Below, in pieces: positions 23,863-35,761 of a DNA stretch of 64,000 nucleotides. The DNA lies in contig MU004181.1 in NCBI GenBank assembly GCA_010093605.1, positions 1,426,001 through 1,490,000 on the forward strand. Reading direction: 5' to 3'. This DNA comes from Lophium mytilinum (Eukaryota). Below the pieces are notes generated by a model. The model did not search any database and was not told the origin of the DNA. It worked only from the letters and a program-made list of their open reading frames with translations. The translations under genes and the position numbers were made by a program. Numbering within the stretch: the stretch's first letter is position 1; each line of letters opens with the position of its first letter.

Positions 23863-24522
23863 CTATCGCCGAGCCATTGAGGCGATGTCTTCGCCGGGCT
23901 TGCTGTAATCCACAAATCCAAATTTTGCGTATAAAGGTGCGCCATCCTTACTAGCATCCACATACGCCGCAACCTTCTCAGCATCGGCAAAGTCACATCC
24001 CCATTTGACGAGCATCGCACCCGCGCCTCGACGTTGGTAGTCCGGATGTGTAGCCACCGTATCCAAATCTGAACCAGCCACAGCAATCAGTATATCCGAA
24101 GGGGTAAAACCATGAGAAAACATACAAAAGTGCTTTGTATCACCCATCACGCGCTTCCTGTTCTCTTCCTCCCTTTTGAAGAACTCATCGCAAAGCTGTC
24201 CAAGCATGTCTGCATGCCAAGGTGGGTAGCGTTGGCCGCGCTCATCCGGCATTGATAAATCCCATTTCGCAAAGGCAGCTATCCGCGGTCGGCCCTGGCT
24301 GTCTTTTGACTCGGTGTCTATCACTTTCAGGTATCGCTGGAACGGCTTTTTGGTCATGTCGTTGAAATTGGCGTCTTCTAGCCATTTACGCACACTGGGG
24401 GTGTCGGGGATGATTTGTGGGAATTCAGGGTCCGTAAAGGCGGCGAACCAGAGGTTTGTAATTTCGGAGGCATCGTCAACGGTCGCGGGTAATAGTTTCA
24501 GTGGATTGGGGGTGGTGGCCAT
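23863..24522 (-). CDS. GNAT family N-acetyltransferase (intron 24069-24125)
   Basis: Splicing restores HFYLDTVATHPDYQRRGAG (motif A); also YVDAS..GAPLY.KFGF. Confidence 0.9.
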   Translation of the reverse strand: MATTPNPLKLLPATVDDASEITNLWFAAFTDPEFPQIIPDTPSVRKWLEDANFNDMTKKPFQRYLKVIDTESKDSQGRPRIAAFAKWDLSMPDERGQRYPPWHADMLGQLCDEFFKREEENRKRVMGDTKHFCMFSHGFTPSDILIAVAGSDLDTVATHPDYQRRGAGAMLVKWGCDFADAEKVAAYVDASKDGAPLYAKFGFVDYSKPGEDIASMARR

Positions 24523-24926
24523 TTTAGAAAAGAGATAAGAGAGGAAAAAATTTACTCCATAACACTATACGAGCACGAATACAGGTCGGGATGTAAGGAG
24601 GAATGTTGGTTTTAAAGGCGATAGCTACTGTTTAAGGAGATTGTATGATGCCCTTGAATATTGTTCCCCTAACAGTCTTTAATTCTAGAAGCCCCACACC
24701 ACGTACACAGCCCCGGATGACGCGGCGCAGTCGCCGGATGCAACCTCACTTCACACAGTTAACACTGAGCGACCGCTAACGATAGTCGTATTAAGGGAAC
24801 CCTAGGGCAGTTTGCAAGACGAGGCTTCACAATCTTTGGTCTTCGGAGTAAGCACAAAGTCCATTGCGACAGAAACTACCCTATGCGTAGTGGCTGTTCA
24901 ACGTTGGTACCCCGGTAACCCACCTT

Positions 24927-27907
24927 TCAAGCCTTCAAACCGTCCAATAGTGCCCCCTCGCCTTTCTTCTCCACGGCCTTAAACACTGATCCCTCTCCAC
25001 CAATGTCTAATCCTTTTTCGGCTCTGTCATACGCCTCTTCGCTTCTATCCAGAAGAATTTCCAACTCCTTTCCAGGTAATAGACCCCCATTGACCCCATC
25101 GTCAACATCAAACCTTTCACCGTCAGACCTTCGCAGCAACTTTTGAAGGTCTTCTAGCTCCTCCCTCGATCCTAATTCTGCATCCCCTTTTTTGTTCGCT
25201 CCCTTCCCATTTCTCACACCTCCCTTGCGAATTACCAGCTTCTCCAACCTCCTCTTTCCTTCTGCGCTCTCCAGTAGTTTCGCTTCGACAGTGTTTCGCG
25301 TGGCAAAGCGATATACAATCACGTTACGCGTTTGACCAATCCTATGCGCTCGATCCTGAGCTTGCAAGTCCTGCTGCGGGTTCCAGTCGCTATCGAACAA
25401 GATGACTGTATCTGCCGCGGCCAAATTGATTCCTTGACCTCCGGCACGAGTGCTGAGAAGGAAGATGTTGCTCGGCTCCTCGTCATCGCCATCTGCTGTA
25501 CCCTTCTTCCGCTTCCGAGCGTCTGTGACAGCAGGCTTGTTGAAGACCCGGATCTGTTCTTGGCGAACTGATTGCGGCACGCTACCATCAATACGGCAGA
25601 CAGACCAGTTCCGGAGAGAGTTGCAGTAGGACTCGAGAAGGTCAAGTTGCGTGGTAAATTGACTGAATATGAGTACTTTGTGTCCACGTTTTAGTAATTC
25701 TGAAAGCAGAGAGTCTAAAAGCAGCATCTTTCCTGACGACGTGACGAGAGTCTCATCTGGCTCTGTCTCTGTGGCGAAGGTCTCACCACCTTCGGAGGAC
25801 GTTGATATGAAAGGATTGAAGAAGTTGTACGGGGAGTTACAGCATAAGCGGAGTTGCATAATAGGATTTTGGAGCTTTTTGGCACCAATTTGGCGTTTCG
25901 CAATGGCGAGAGTGGTAGCTCGGACCTTCTCCTCGACCGCTTCAGAGTCAAGCTCTTCCTCCTCCGGGGAAGAAGCTTCGGCTTCGAGCTGTGCAAAATA
26001 CTTCTGGTCGCTAACCTCTTCATAGCTCTGGCGTGGTCGACCACGTCCTCGTTTGATCGACACAGGAGTAGCCTCCCGAGACGTTTTGGCACTCTTATTG
26101 GGGCTATCGTCGCCGTTCCCAAGAGCCTTACGCTTGAGACTCCCAGTACTACGAGCGCTGCGGGGAGTACTGGTTCCACTACCTCCGATACTCAAGCGTT
26201 CAAGAGCTTTATCTTCGAGGAACTCCCGACTTGTTCCATCGAGGATAGCCTGGTAGAGTTCCCTCTGCATGGGAGTGAGGGGTGCGAATAGCACATACTC
26301 GCGCTTTCTCGGCATGAGGTTCTCCACATCCATCTTCACTCGTCGAAGCAGGAACGGTTTAAGGACTGCATGTAATGAAGCAACGAGATACTGTTGCCGT
26401 TCTTCCGAGAAGAGGCTTTCGTATCCTTGTCGGTCTTTCAGCGCCGAGAAATCGAACCAGCTCTCGAATGAAGAAAGTTTATCAAAGATGGTTGGCATCA
26501 AGAAATGTAGGAGTGACCAAAGCTCGGTGAGGTTGTTTTGGAGCGGTGTTCCTGCGAGATAATTAGCTTTATTTGCAATGCATTACAAGGTCTAGTAGAG
26601 GCCTGTCTCACCTGTAATTAGAAGGCGGTTGGTGGATTGGTATGACTGGAGTTCCCGAATCAATCGGCAGTCAAGATTTTTGATGCGATGGCCTTCATCC
26701 TGTACGTCTAGTTAGCAGGAGATCTGTTCCGAATTCATAAAATGTGATGCTTACAATTATGATAAACTGCCACCCAAAGCCAGTCAGGAATTTTCGATCG
26801 TTCATGCAAATCTCATAGCTGGTAATCACGACAGGAAACTCGCTAGTTCCTGGATGCTTGAATTTTTTAGTCCGAATCTTCTGCCGTTCTTGTTTCGTTC
26901 CATGGTATAATACGACTGGGACAGAGGGTGTCCATTTATTGAACTCTTCCACCCAATTACTGGTCGTGCTTAGTGGAGCAGCAATGAGAAATGGTCCATA
27001 CGACTTCTTCTCCCGCAAATGGGCCAAAAATGCGATGGTCTGGATTGTCTTGCCCAGACCCATTTCGTCCGCCAATATGCCGTTTATTCCGTTGTTGTAT
27101 AGTGATATCAGCCACTCAAGCCCTTCCAGCTGATACGATCGCATAGTGCCTCCAGTCACTAGGCTAGGCTGACGAGCCGATTTGAGGTTTTGCACACCGA
27201 GGTCGCTTGTCTGAATGTCTTCTTCAGTAGTCGCTTCCTGTAAAGCATCTGCGACATTCGTTTGGGTGGTCTTTTGTTCGATGTCTTCTTTCTTGAAGAA
27301 ATCCGAGATCTTCGCACCCTTCTTGGGCCGACCACGTCCCCGCGTGGGTAGTGACTTCCGGTCACCTTGGGCTTCAGTTGTATCGTCCTTATTTGTAGTT
27401 GCTGCAGCTCGTGTCGCACGACGCTGAGACTCGGCGGCAGCCTTTTCCGCCTTTTCTTCTCGCTTTCGTGCCTGGCCTTGAGTCTTTTCATCCCGGACCC
27501 TCTCTTCTTCTTCTTGGCGCTGCATTTGAGCAAGCATGACTGTAGCGAAAAGCTATAATGCATGAAAAGTCAGAATGATCGAAATGGGCCGAATTCTCGT
27601 GATTGGACATCTAGCTTGTCTGGATGTAGAAACGAACCTTGCTTTTATTCATGAGATGTTCCAATGCCTTGAACTTGGTATCCAAAACCTCTTTCCCACC
27701 CTGAAGATCCTCTTTTCTCTCCTTCTCCAACTGTGCCTCCCTCTTTGCATCTTCTTTCTCTCGACGCACCCGCATTTGTTCCTCTTCAGCTAGCATCTCT
27801 TTCGAGACACCATGATCCACGTCCTCCATTTCGACGGGAGGCGGCGAAGATGCGGGTGTTGACTTCTGTGACGCGGTGTCAGCGGCGGTGGTGGACGAAG
27901 AGACCAT
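24927..27907 (-). CDS. IRC5: SNF2-family chromatin remodeller, LSH/HELLS/DDM1/Irc5 subfamily
   Basis: [12 protein letters not shown], spliced [53 protein letters not shown]. No SANT/SLIDE, chromo or bromo domain seen; charged coiled-coil N-terminus. Confidence 0.85.
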
Positions 27908-28475
27908 GGCTTCTGGGAGCAATTGGTACGCGTCGCGGAGGTGGCGGCTTAGACGTGCATATAATTGATAGTGCGGGCAATGCGTGTCCAGAAAGCGGTA
28001 CAAGTACGTCCGATCCGCTCTTTGGTTACAATTGCCGTACGAAGGGGTGCACAGCGTGGGTTGCGTGTTCGTAGCGCAAGGGGGCGATATTTGACGCGTG
28101 AATGTGTCGCGTTATTCTCAATTGGAATAGATGACGACACGCCGTCACGCTTTTCCCTTTCAATCCGAAAAGGCGCCAAGGGCTCCCCGTCTTCAGCTCT
28201 ATTTTCACCACCATACTATTGGCAACAAAAAGATCCCTCCACATGATCGCATTTAGAGCAGGGCACTGTACGTCTACTTCATATGGCCCCATATCCAGTC
28301 TTCTTGCAACGCTCTAAAATGCGTTCCTGACTGCTGGGAGACGGAGAAAAGCACAGCACTCATGAAATGGAATACTCAGGCTAAAGCATTACCTTGGATC
28401 TCGTCTGCATATAAGCGGGTCAAGTTTTCTTCCATAGCTCAACGCTCCCTCACTTTATAGTTCAATCTACAAGTC

Positions 28476-29596
28476 TCAAACTCGATACACCAATTTCTTT
28501 GCACTGATTCTCCCCTTCTCCAAATCCTTCAAGCCTTCACCAATTCGCTCTAGTCCTTCTCTTACTTCAACCGGGTGCGGCACAACCCTCTTCTCTTCCA
28601 AAAGCTTCGCCGCTACGAGGCCCCATTTCTTCGCAAACTCAAAATTTGGCAGATAAGCCTCAACCCGAAAGCTGCCAAACATGTCAAACGCCTCGTTGAA
28701 AATGGTGTAACCAAGCGTAACGTCAGTCTTAACGTCAGTACGCGGAAACTCGACCAAAGCAAGGGTGCTGTAGTAAAGAGTGGATTCGGCGGAGGATGAG
28801 AGGGCATCGGCACAGATCTGAGCGGTGTGTCCCTCCCCGATGGTGTCCCAAACGTAGCGCAGCTTATCGTTGGTGAACTGACGAATGTCCGAGCCGACAG
28901 TGGGAGAATTATAGTCATAGACTTGGTCTGCGCCGAGTGACTTTACGAAGTCCAAGTTATGGGGTGAACAGGTGGTTATGACTTCAAGGCCGGATCTGGC
29001 TTACGTTAACGCTTTACCCACAAGAAGTACTTTCAATAGCTCCGGCCGAGACTGATTGGGGCCACTCACAGCTTTGCCATCTGAATGGCCAGCGTCCCCA
29101 TCGCCGTGCTGCCTCCATAGATCAGAACTGGAAACTTCTCCTCAGACTTCACAGGCGCCGTTGGCCATGGTAGCTGCAGGCTCTGATACAGCCCCTGCCC
29201 GACCGTATACACCTGCAAACCTAGCGACGCCGCTTCCTCAAACCCCATGTGGTCCGGAATTTTCAAGGCCAGATCCCCTTTTGCCACCACATGCTCCGCA
29301 AACGCGCCATCCTCAGGCTGCGAAGTGTGACAGCTGTGTGCAAAGCCCCAGACTCGATCCCCTGGTTTGAAAGGCCGAGTCAGCAAACTTCCAACTTCTT
29401 CGACAACACCGGCGAAGTCACAGCCGACCGTCAGCGGACTTTTCTCGTCAAAGTTTGTGTTTTGGATAGTCTTCCAGTCTGTGGGGTTCAGAGCAACGCA
29501 GGCGACCTTGACGAGTATGTATTCAGGGCGCAAGGCCGGCTTGGGCGCATCAACGACGGCGGCATTGCCTTTAGAGAGGAGCTTGTAGGCCTTCAT
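28476..29596 (-). CDS. MDR-family zinc-independent oxidoreductase / trans-enoyl reductase-like (TOXD/LovC-like)
   Basis: LVKV.CVALNPTDWK, GCDFAGVVEEVG, LIYGGSTAMG..AIQ.AKL, then an intron (~28997-29070), LGAD.V.DY and ISAKKLVY. Confidence 0.9.
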
Positions 29597-30252
29597 TTTG
29601 AAGGCTCGAAGTCCGACAAATGATGAGCAGGAATTCAAGAGTAGTAGTACGGTTGAGGCAAAGAAATGCTCTGCAGAAAACCAGTCGTTTGCAAGTTTAA
29701 TAAGTAGCTGCTGTGCATGATATAGGGCACGTGATCTGCTACTATATCTTTATCCTTGCGTTAGGCCGCCGGGTGGTCGATTCATCCGCCGGCTAGTCTG
29801 TCTCCCCACTGCTCGTCTAATCCTCCTTATTTCGTCCCTCTCTATTTCCATTTCACGAAGATGGGCGATACAACATCACTGATACCGAAGCACTCATGAC
29901 AGTAAGAAGTATAGATACCGAAAGCATTGCTGCTATCCTGAATTCATTGCTAGCAGACAGCGCTAACTTAACCTTACGGCTTGCATGTTCATGGTGTCTG
30001 AGACGCTTTAACGGGCTTTCGAATCGCCCCATGAGACGATACAGCCATCCCAGCCCTTCCAAGCACCGCCAACTTCCAATCCATCCGCATGTGCTAAGAC
30101 AGAACAGGATTTCCTCGTCACCCCGAGTCTCACTGCAGGCTCTATGCGAGATACTGTAAATACCAGTACCAACACTAACGAAGACTCACCGTCTAGCGAA
30201 GACCGAAAGCTCTCCTCCCCACGCGGGAGAAGATACACGAATGAGCTTTAGA

Positions 30253-31293
30253 CTACGAAAGCCATTTCGTCAAGACGAAACACACGATCTTCTCCAGAGC
30301 CCGTAGGTCTCCTTCCACCGTCCCAGCAGTCTTTTTATCAACCCACCCTTCAGTCCGACTGCCTCCGAAATCAACAATCCATGCATTATTCTCCGTATCA
30401 ACGAGGACATTATCCGGCTTAGCATCTCCCCAAACCAGCCCTGCTCTATGCAACGCCGTCAGTGTTTCCGTAACCTGGGTCGCCCAATGCTGTCTCAGCG
30501 AGAGTGGCGTGTCCGGGCCTATGGCTATCTCCAACGTTTCCCGTTCATGATCGATATAAGTGAGTAACATGCCCATTAGAAAGCCCCTTTCATCCTGCAC
30601 AACACCATGCAATCGACAGATCAGCGTGCTGGGCGCTAGCTCGGCCATGGCAATTCTCTTATAGTTCTCTAGCTCAGTTTGCGCCTGTCTTGATCCTGCT
30701 CCAGGGTTGAACGGCTTGAAAAAGTACGCCGTCTGGCTATTGCGGACGCGCACCTTTTCAGGATGTTTAAAGAGCGCCTCCTCCGGCTGCTCAAAACTGA
30801 GCCCCACCTCCGACGGGAGAAACGAGACTGCCCATGTCGCCAAGTCACGGAGAACGTCAACATCCAAGCGCACCCCTGGTGGCAGACGACCTGACCGCTG
30901 CGCAATCACCCGTCGTGGCAGCAACGCCTCATCGCTCACCTCCAGCCTACAGACGAACCAGTCAGGAAACAGGTAGTCGTGTAAAGTGACGCGGCCAACC
31001 CTCGCTTTCTGCAATACGGAGGCTGTAGCGGGCGCCAAATCTGCCATGAATGGCTCAAACGGCGGCATGATCCAGTCGTAGAAATCGCACTCTAAGGGTC
31101 CGTCGATTTGCTCCTCGCCTGTTTTCAGCACTTCGAGGCATGAGTGGTAGTATTTTAATGCAGCAGTTGAGTTCTGAAAGTCCGACGGTGAGATATGGAG
31201 GCAAAATATCTTTCCGTTGCTCCGCACGATGATCTCGCAATCGTCGTCGTGGAGGCTTGTCACGTAGATTGCGTTGTATTTCGGACGACTCAT
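30253..31293 (-). CDS. Fungal protein-kinase-like protein of unknown function, intronless
   Basis: Probable ATG at 31293 (MSRPKYN). YFFK, ELENY, LH.AGLVWGDAKPDNVLVD and VDFGG...GWVD; WGD replaces HRD and the C-lobe is short. Confidence 0.75.
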   Translation of the reverse strand: MSRPKYNAIYVTSLHDDDCEIIVRSNGKIFCLHISPSDFQNSTAALKYYHSCLEVLKTGEEQIDGPLECDFYDWIMPPFEPFMADLAPATASVLQKARVGRVTLHDYLFPDWFVCRLEVSDEALLPRRVIAQRSGRLPPGVRLDVDVLRDLATWAVSFLPSEVGLSFEQPEEALFKHPEKVRVRNSQTAYFFKPFNPGAGSRQAQTELENYKRIAMAELAPSTLICRLHGVVQDERGFLMGMLLTYIDHERETLEIAIGPDTPLSLRQHWATQVTETLTALHRAGLVWGDAKPDNVLVDTENNAWIVDFGGSRTEGWVDKKTAGTVEGDLRALEKIVCFVLTKWLS

Positions 31294-31448
31294 TGCTGCA
31301 GGGTCGCACCGCGAGGAAAGTTTCAATAAGTTTAGGATAGCAGCAACACCTTCGATAACGACTATTCTTCGCTCGAAATCGCCTTCTTGAGATCCTAAAA
31401 AATGGAATAGGGCATTGAGAGCCTGGAGCGTGGTACACGCACGGACTA

Positions 31449-31829
31449 CAGTACTAGGCCACAAGTCTGGGCACACCTAACTGTCACTGATTGGCTTCAG
31501 GATTGCTCACTCGACACCACTGTAGGGGGTAGCCTGGCTGCTAAGCAGCTACTTTATTAATCGGGCTGTCTAACCTGCACTACTTGAAAATCGCCATCGC
31601 CTTTAGATCTTTAAAATCCAGTAACATGTAGATCTATTACTCCTAGGCTCTAATATTGCTTACTCGACACCACCGTAGGGGGTAGCCTAGCTGCTAAGCA
31701 GCAACTTAGTTAAGAGGCAGTCTACTCTGCGCTGTTTAAAACCCGACATTGCCTATAGATCTTCCAAATCCTTGGGGGGTGCCCCTAGCAGTGGTCAACC
31801 GGTGTGCCCAAACTTATGGCCTGTCACTA
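31449..31829. mobile_element. 381-bp non-autonomous Tc1/mariner-type element (MITE) with 29-bp TIRs and TA target duplication
   Basis: Left end TA|CAGTACTAGGCCACAAGTCTGGGCACACC (31449-31477); right end GGTGTGCCCAAACTTATGGCCTGTCACTA|TA (31801-31829). TIRs match at 23/29 positions. Internal ~118-bp direct repeats start at 31502 and 31655. Confidence 0.8.
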
Positions 31830-32327
31830 TAAACCCAGGGAGCATCATCTTATCTCCGACACCCTCTATACTCAGGCCAGCCTCTGAAACATGAGAAATT
31901 CAAGGCTCTCCCTACTAGCCCAATTACGTGGTTCCAGGTCCACCTCGTAAATCACGAGAGTCTGGAACTCAAGGCCGTTTCGACTTTCGCATCCTTATCG
32001 CACTCCACTCCACTCCCTGCTTCACCAATCTGACCCTGCAAGGACATAGCCTGTACCACGAAATAATTGATAGCGGACGACTCATAGCATTCTCCAGAAT
32101 ATGCGCTAGATGCACTGCAGGGACTCCAAGTTTATGAATGCTTGATCTAGATGAATAGTATCGCTCGTAACCGAATGAACCAGCGACTCCAAACCTACAT
32201 TCAGATGCACATAAATCGGAACGCTACCACCAAACAGCTCCGAACACAAACATCCACCCCGTGCTAAAGATACACAAATGCGCCTCCATCGCGTTTTTCG
32301 ACTCCAATCCGCACTTCCCAGCCCACT

Positions 32328-34224
32328 TTAACCCTCCTGCACCGCCCTCTGCACCTCCCTCGACGGCCCATGGAAATGCTTGCGGCCCCTTACCGCATAA
32401 TCAATCCCCGCAAACACAATAACGAGCAAGAAAACCGGGCCAGCGTAATTCATCGTCTCCTTGGTCAGGGGCAGCGTCGACGGCAGCGCCATGAACGGCA
32501 CTAGTAGCGTCGCGTAGCAGATGGCGTACAGATTGACCAGCGGGCCCCACCGGCCTAGCGTCCACGGGCCAAACACAATCTTGTCGTCGTCGACGCCGGC
32601 GAGGCCGGGCTCCGCTTTCGACGTCGCGACGCGTAGGCGTAGCGATAGTAGGCAGGCGATCGGGATGATGTAGGAGATGTAGAGGCCGATGGTGGAGAGG
32701 GAGAGGACGGCGTTGAGCGCGACGGAGGAGCCGATGTTGATGAGGGAGAGGAGGATGATGACGACGCTGACGAGGGACACGGCGCGCGTCGGGATGCGGT
32801 ACTTGGGGTCGACGTGCTTGAAGAAGTTGGAGAACGGGAGGCCGTCATCACGGGCAAAGGCCCAAGTGAGACGCGAGACTGAGGCGAGGGTGCCGAACAT
32901 TGCCGCGATGGAGATGGTCAGCATGGCGCACATCATGAGAGTAGCTGAGGTGGTGGAGTTTGTGAGTTGGCGGAAAATCTCGAGGATGGCGTAGCCGGTC
33001 GGGGTGCTGATCGCGAGGTTGATGTCCTTGATGGCGAAGAGGGAGAGGAGAAGGAACAGCCATGCGAGCGTAGCGTTGATAAGGACGGTGGTGACGATGA
33101 TCTTGGGGATGGTGTGGGCCGCTTTCTCGGTTTCTTCGCTCATGTGGATGGCGCCGTCGAAGCCTGATTGATCGTGTCAGAATGATTGATTTTCCGAAGC
33201 AGCTTCGTATGAATGATCACTTACCGATAATGCACCAAATACACGGCAGGAGGCCGATGAAGAAACCAACACCAGTGCTTTCCCAACCAGTTTGGTTGAT
33301 AAAGGTGGTGAAGACGAACTTCGCGTCTGAGTTGCGGCCCAAGACCAGCATAACGACGGCAAAAATGATGAAGAACAGGACGTGACAGATACCGGCAAAG
33401 AGCTCGGTGGCTGGGAGGAGGCCGATCCCATACACATTTACGACGTAGGTCATGCCCAAAACGGCCCACATCATCAAGGTGGTGTGCCAGCGCTCAAATC
33501 CATAATCAGGCCAATTGAGGATGACCATTCCCTGGATCTGACCGGCGATGATGTATGTTAAACTGGTGATTGTGGCTTGCCAGGCGAAGACAGTGCACCA
33601 TCCTGTGCTTGTTAGAGGTGGTTCATGCCCCAAGTTGGTCGCAAAATCGTACCTTGTAGGAAAGTGATTTGAACCCTCCACTTCTTCGGCGCAAACATGT
33701 ATGTCCAATGGTACTGAGCTCCGCTGATTGGGCACATAGAGGCCATCTCTGCTATGGAACATGCCAGCGCAAGGGTCCCGCTACCGGTGAAGAAAAGACC
33801 CCACACCAGGGTCACTGGCCCGCCAGCATAAAGACCGGTTCCGAGGGATCTGTACCAGAGTCAGCCACGAACGACAAAAACAGCAGCACATGTAGACCTA
33901 CGATCCAAACGCCTCCCACGACGACAGCAGTGTCAATGACAGACCCAAGATGGAGATGTAGTTGAAGCGCCGCTGGTGGAATTAGCAAGCTGTCTGCGGT
34001 GATAGGAGCACGAGGTGTGTTGGTACCTTCAACTGTTGCGTCTTCCCCATCTGCTGCATGACAGCCTTGTCCTCGACGTCCATGGTCGACGACGCGGGCG
34101 AGACGGGCGCGACATGGTCGCCGGAGACGGTTGTCTCAAACTGCTTCTCGGCCATTTCGTATTCGGTGTCGACTTGTTCGAGAGCTGAGTATGCTGCTCT
34201 TCTCTTGCCCGTCAGGAGTGGCAT
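32328..34224 (-). CDS. APC amino-acid/polyamine/choline (GABA/Hnm1-like) permease, multi-exon; start 34224 or 34155
   Basis: AEMASMCPISGAQYHW, GW.TVFAWQA, GFDGAIHMSEE, SRLTWAFARDDGLPFS and MNYAGPV. Confidence 0.9.
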
Positions 34225-35761
34225 GCAACGCTCTTAAAGGAAACAGCAATCAGGGTCCGGGAGGTGGCTAGGTTTTGGATTGAAATACTCCGGCAACCAG
34301 GCCCAGGGCAAGGGCTATACTAGAGATAAACGGGCGGCCTTCTCGAGTCGGGGGCCCGCTTAACGACTTGTCCCACTAGCTCTCCCCGGCTGCTTGGTTG
34401 CGCACGCGATGGTGGTGCTGCCCTGGCGTCTTGGGTTACAGGGTGGAAGGAATGGACTAGCCATACACTTATGGGCCGAGAGTCGCAAGAGTAACAGCAC
34501 AGAGGAGCACCGTGGCCCGCGATCGTGCCATTGCCATTGGCCTCTGGCGTCGCCGACGAACGGCACGTCCCTTCCGCAGGCTCGGGGCCACAGGGCATGG
34601 TGTTGACTGAATCGCAGGCAGCCTTGGGCCCTGCAGTGCACGACAAAAGACCCCGCAAGCATCACGGCCTGCGCGAATCAACCAGTGCCGTGGCCTGCCG
34701 TGGCCTGCAGCGGGAGTGGCGGGACGAACGCGATGAGCGACGGATCCTCCGCCGGCGTCGCATGGCGCCTTATAAACTTTTCCAGGGCCGCATAAGCCGC
34801 TGGGCGGGCCTGCCGTGCCTTTGCCGACCCTGCTGGAAGGGGAACGCCGCCCCGACTGTACATGATATTATGTATCCAGGGACGGAGCAGCCCACCCATG
34901 CCCACCTCTACCCAGGAGCCAGACAGCAGTCGCCTGCAGCCAAGTGCCGAGCCAGGCCCCAATCGCACTTTTACATGCAGCCGCCGGAGTCGACAACGTG
35001 GCGTGGTGTTCCAGAACCCGTCGAGGTGGATGCTTCTGTCGCCAGAGACGACCAAATGGGCGCTGCTGCGGCAACACGATCCCAGGGCGAGAGACCGTGG
35101 TTCCGAAGCCATCACGCCGGACCCTTTGCCGTTAGGACCACCGTCGTGGGTGGCGCGGGCTGTTCCGGGTGTGGTCCAGATGGCGTTCGAGAAGACGATG
35201 GCGTGGGAACGGGTGGAAGCCCAGCAACGCCGCGTCCAATGAATCGGATCCTACACGTGACCGGGATTCGACTCCATCGCGAGCCTAGCGCGTCAACACG
35301 TTCATAGTAATGCTGACTCTCCATGTCTCTCTGCACAAGTTCAGCCTCTCTTCACATCCGGTGGTTGATTCATATCAAGCCACAAACTTGCCCTGTAAGG
35401 CAGCAGTCCCGGGCGCCTTTAGGTGGGCATACACGCCCTCTAGCTACTTATTCTTCAACCTACTTGGCTGTGAGACCAGAGAGAAGTATACCACGATTGA
35501 CTAGGCTCGCGCTAGACTACCAGCGTGAAGAAAGGCTGTATCTGCATCTGCTGTGTAGTTATGTGTCAAGCGGGCTGGAGGCTGAGCTTTGGTTCTTGGG
35601 TAGCTGTCGTGCCCAACTCATTGCATATCTATTTGGTCTATCGTGAAGCATTACCGTCAAAATAACACAGCAACCGTAACCAGTGCATCCATGCTATACT
35701 AGTGTATCAAACCTGAACCAGCCGTCTGTCCGTCGTCCAAGCATCATCATAGCCTCCCTTT

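Noticed and set aside
24069..24125. Stop-free 3n introns in the GNAT gene (57 nt) and M28 peptidase (44911-44961, 51 nt)
   Set aside because: Short enough to be stop-free by chance, and retention would disrupt conserved motifs.
23863..31293. Secondary-metabolite cluster (enoyl reductase, GNAT, MFS)
   Set aside because: No PKS, NRPS or terpene backbone gene is present, and the genes are interspersed with housekeeping loci.
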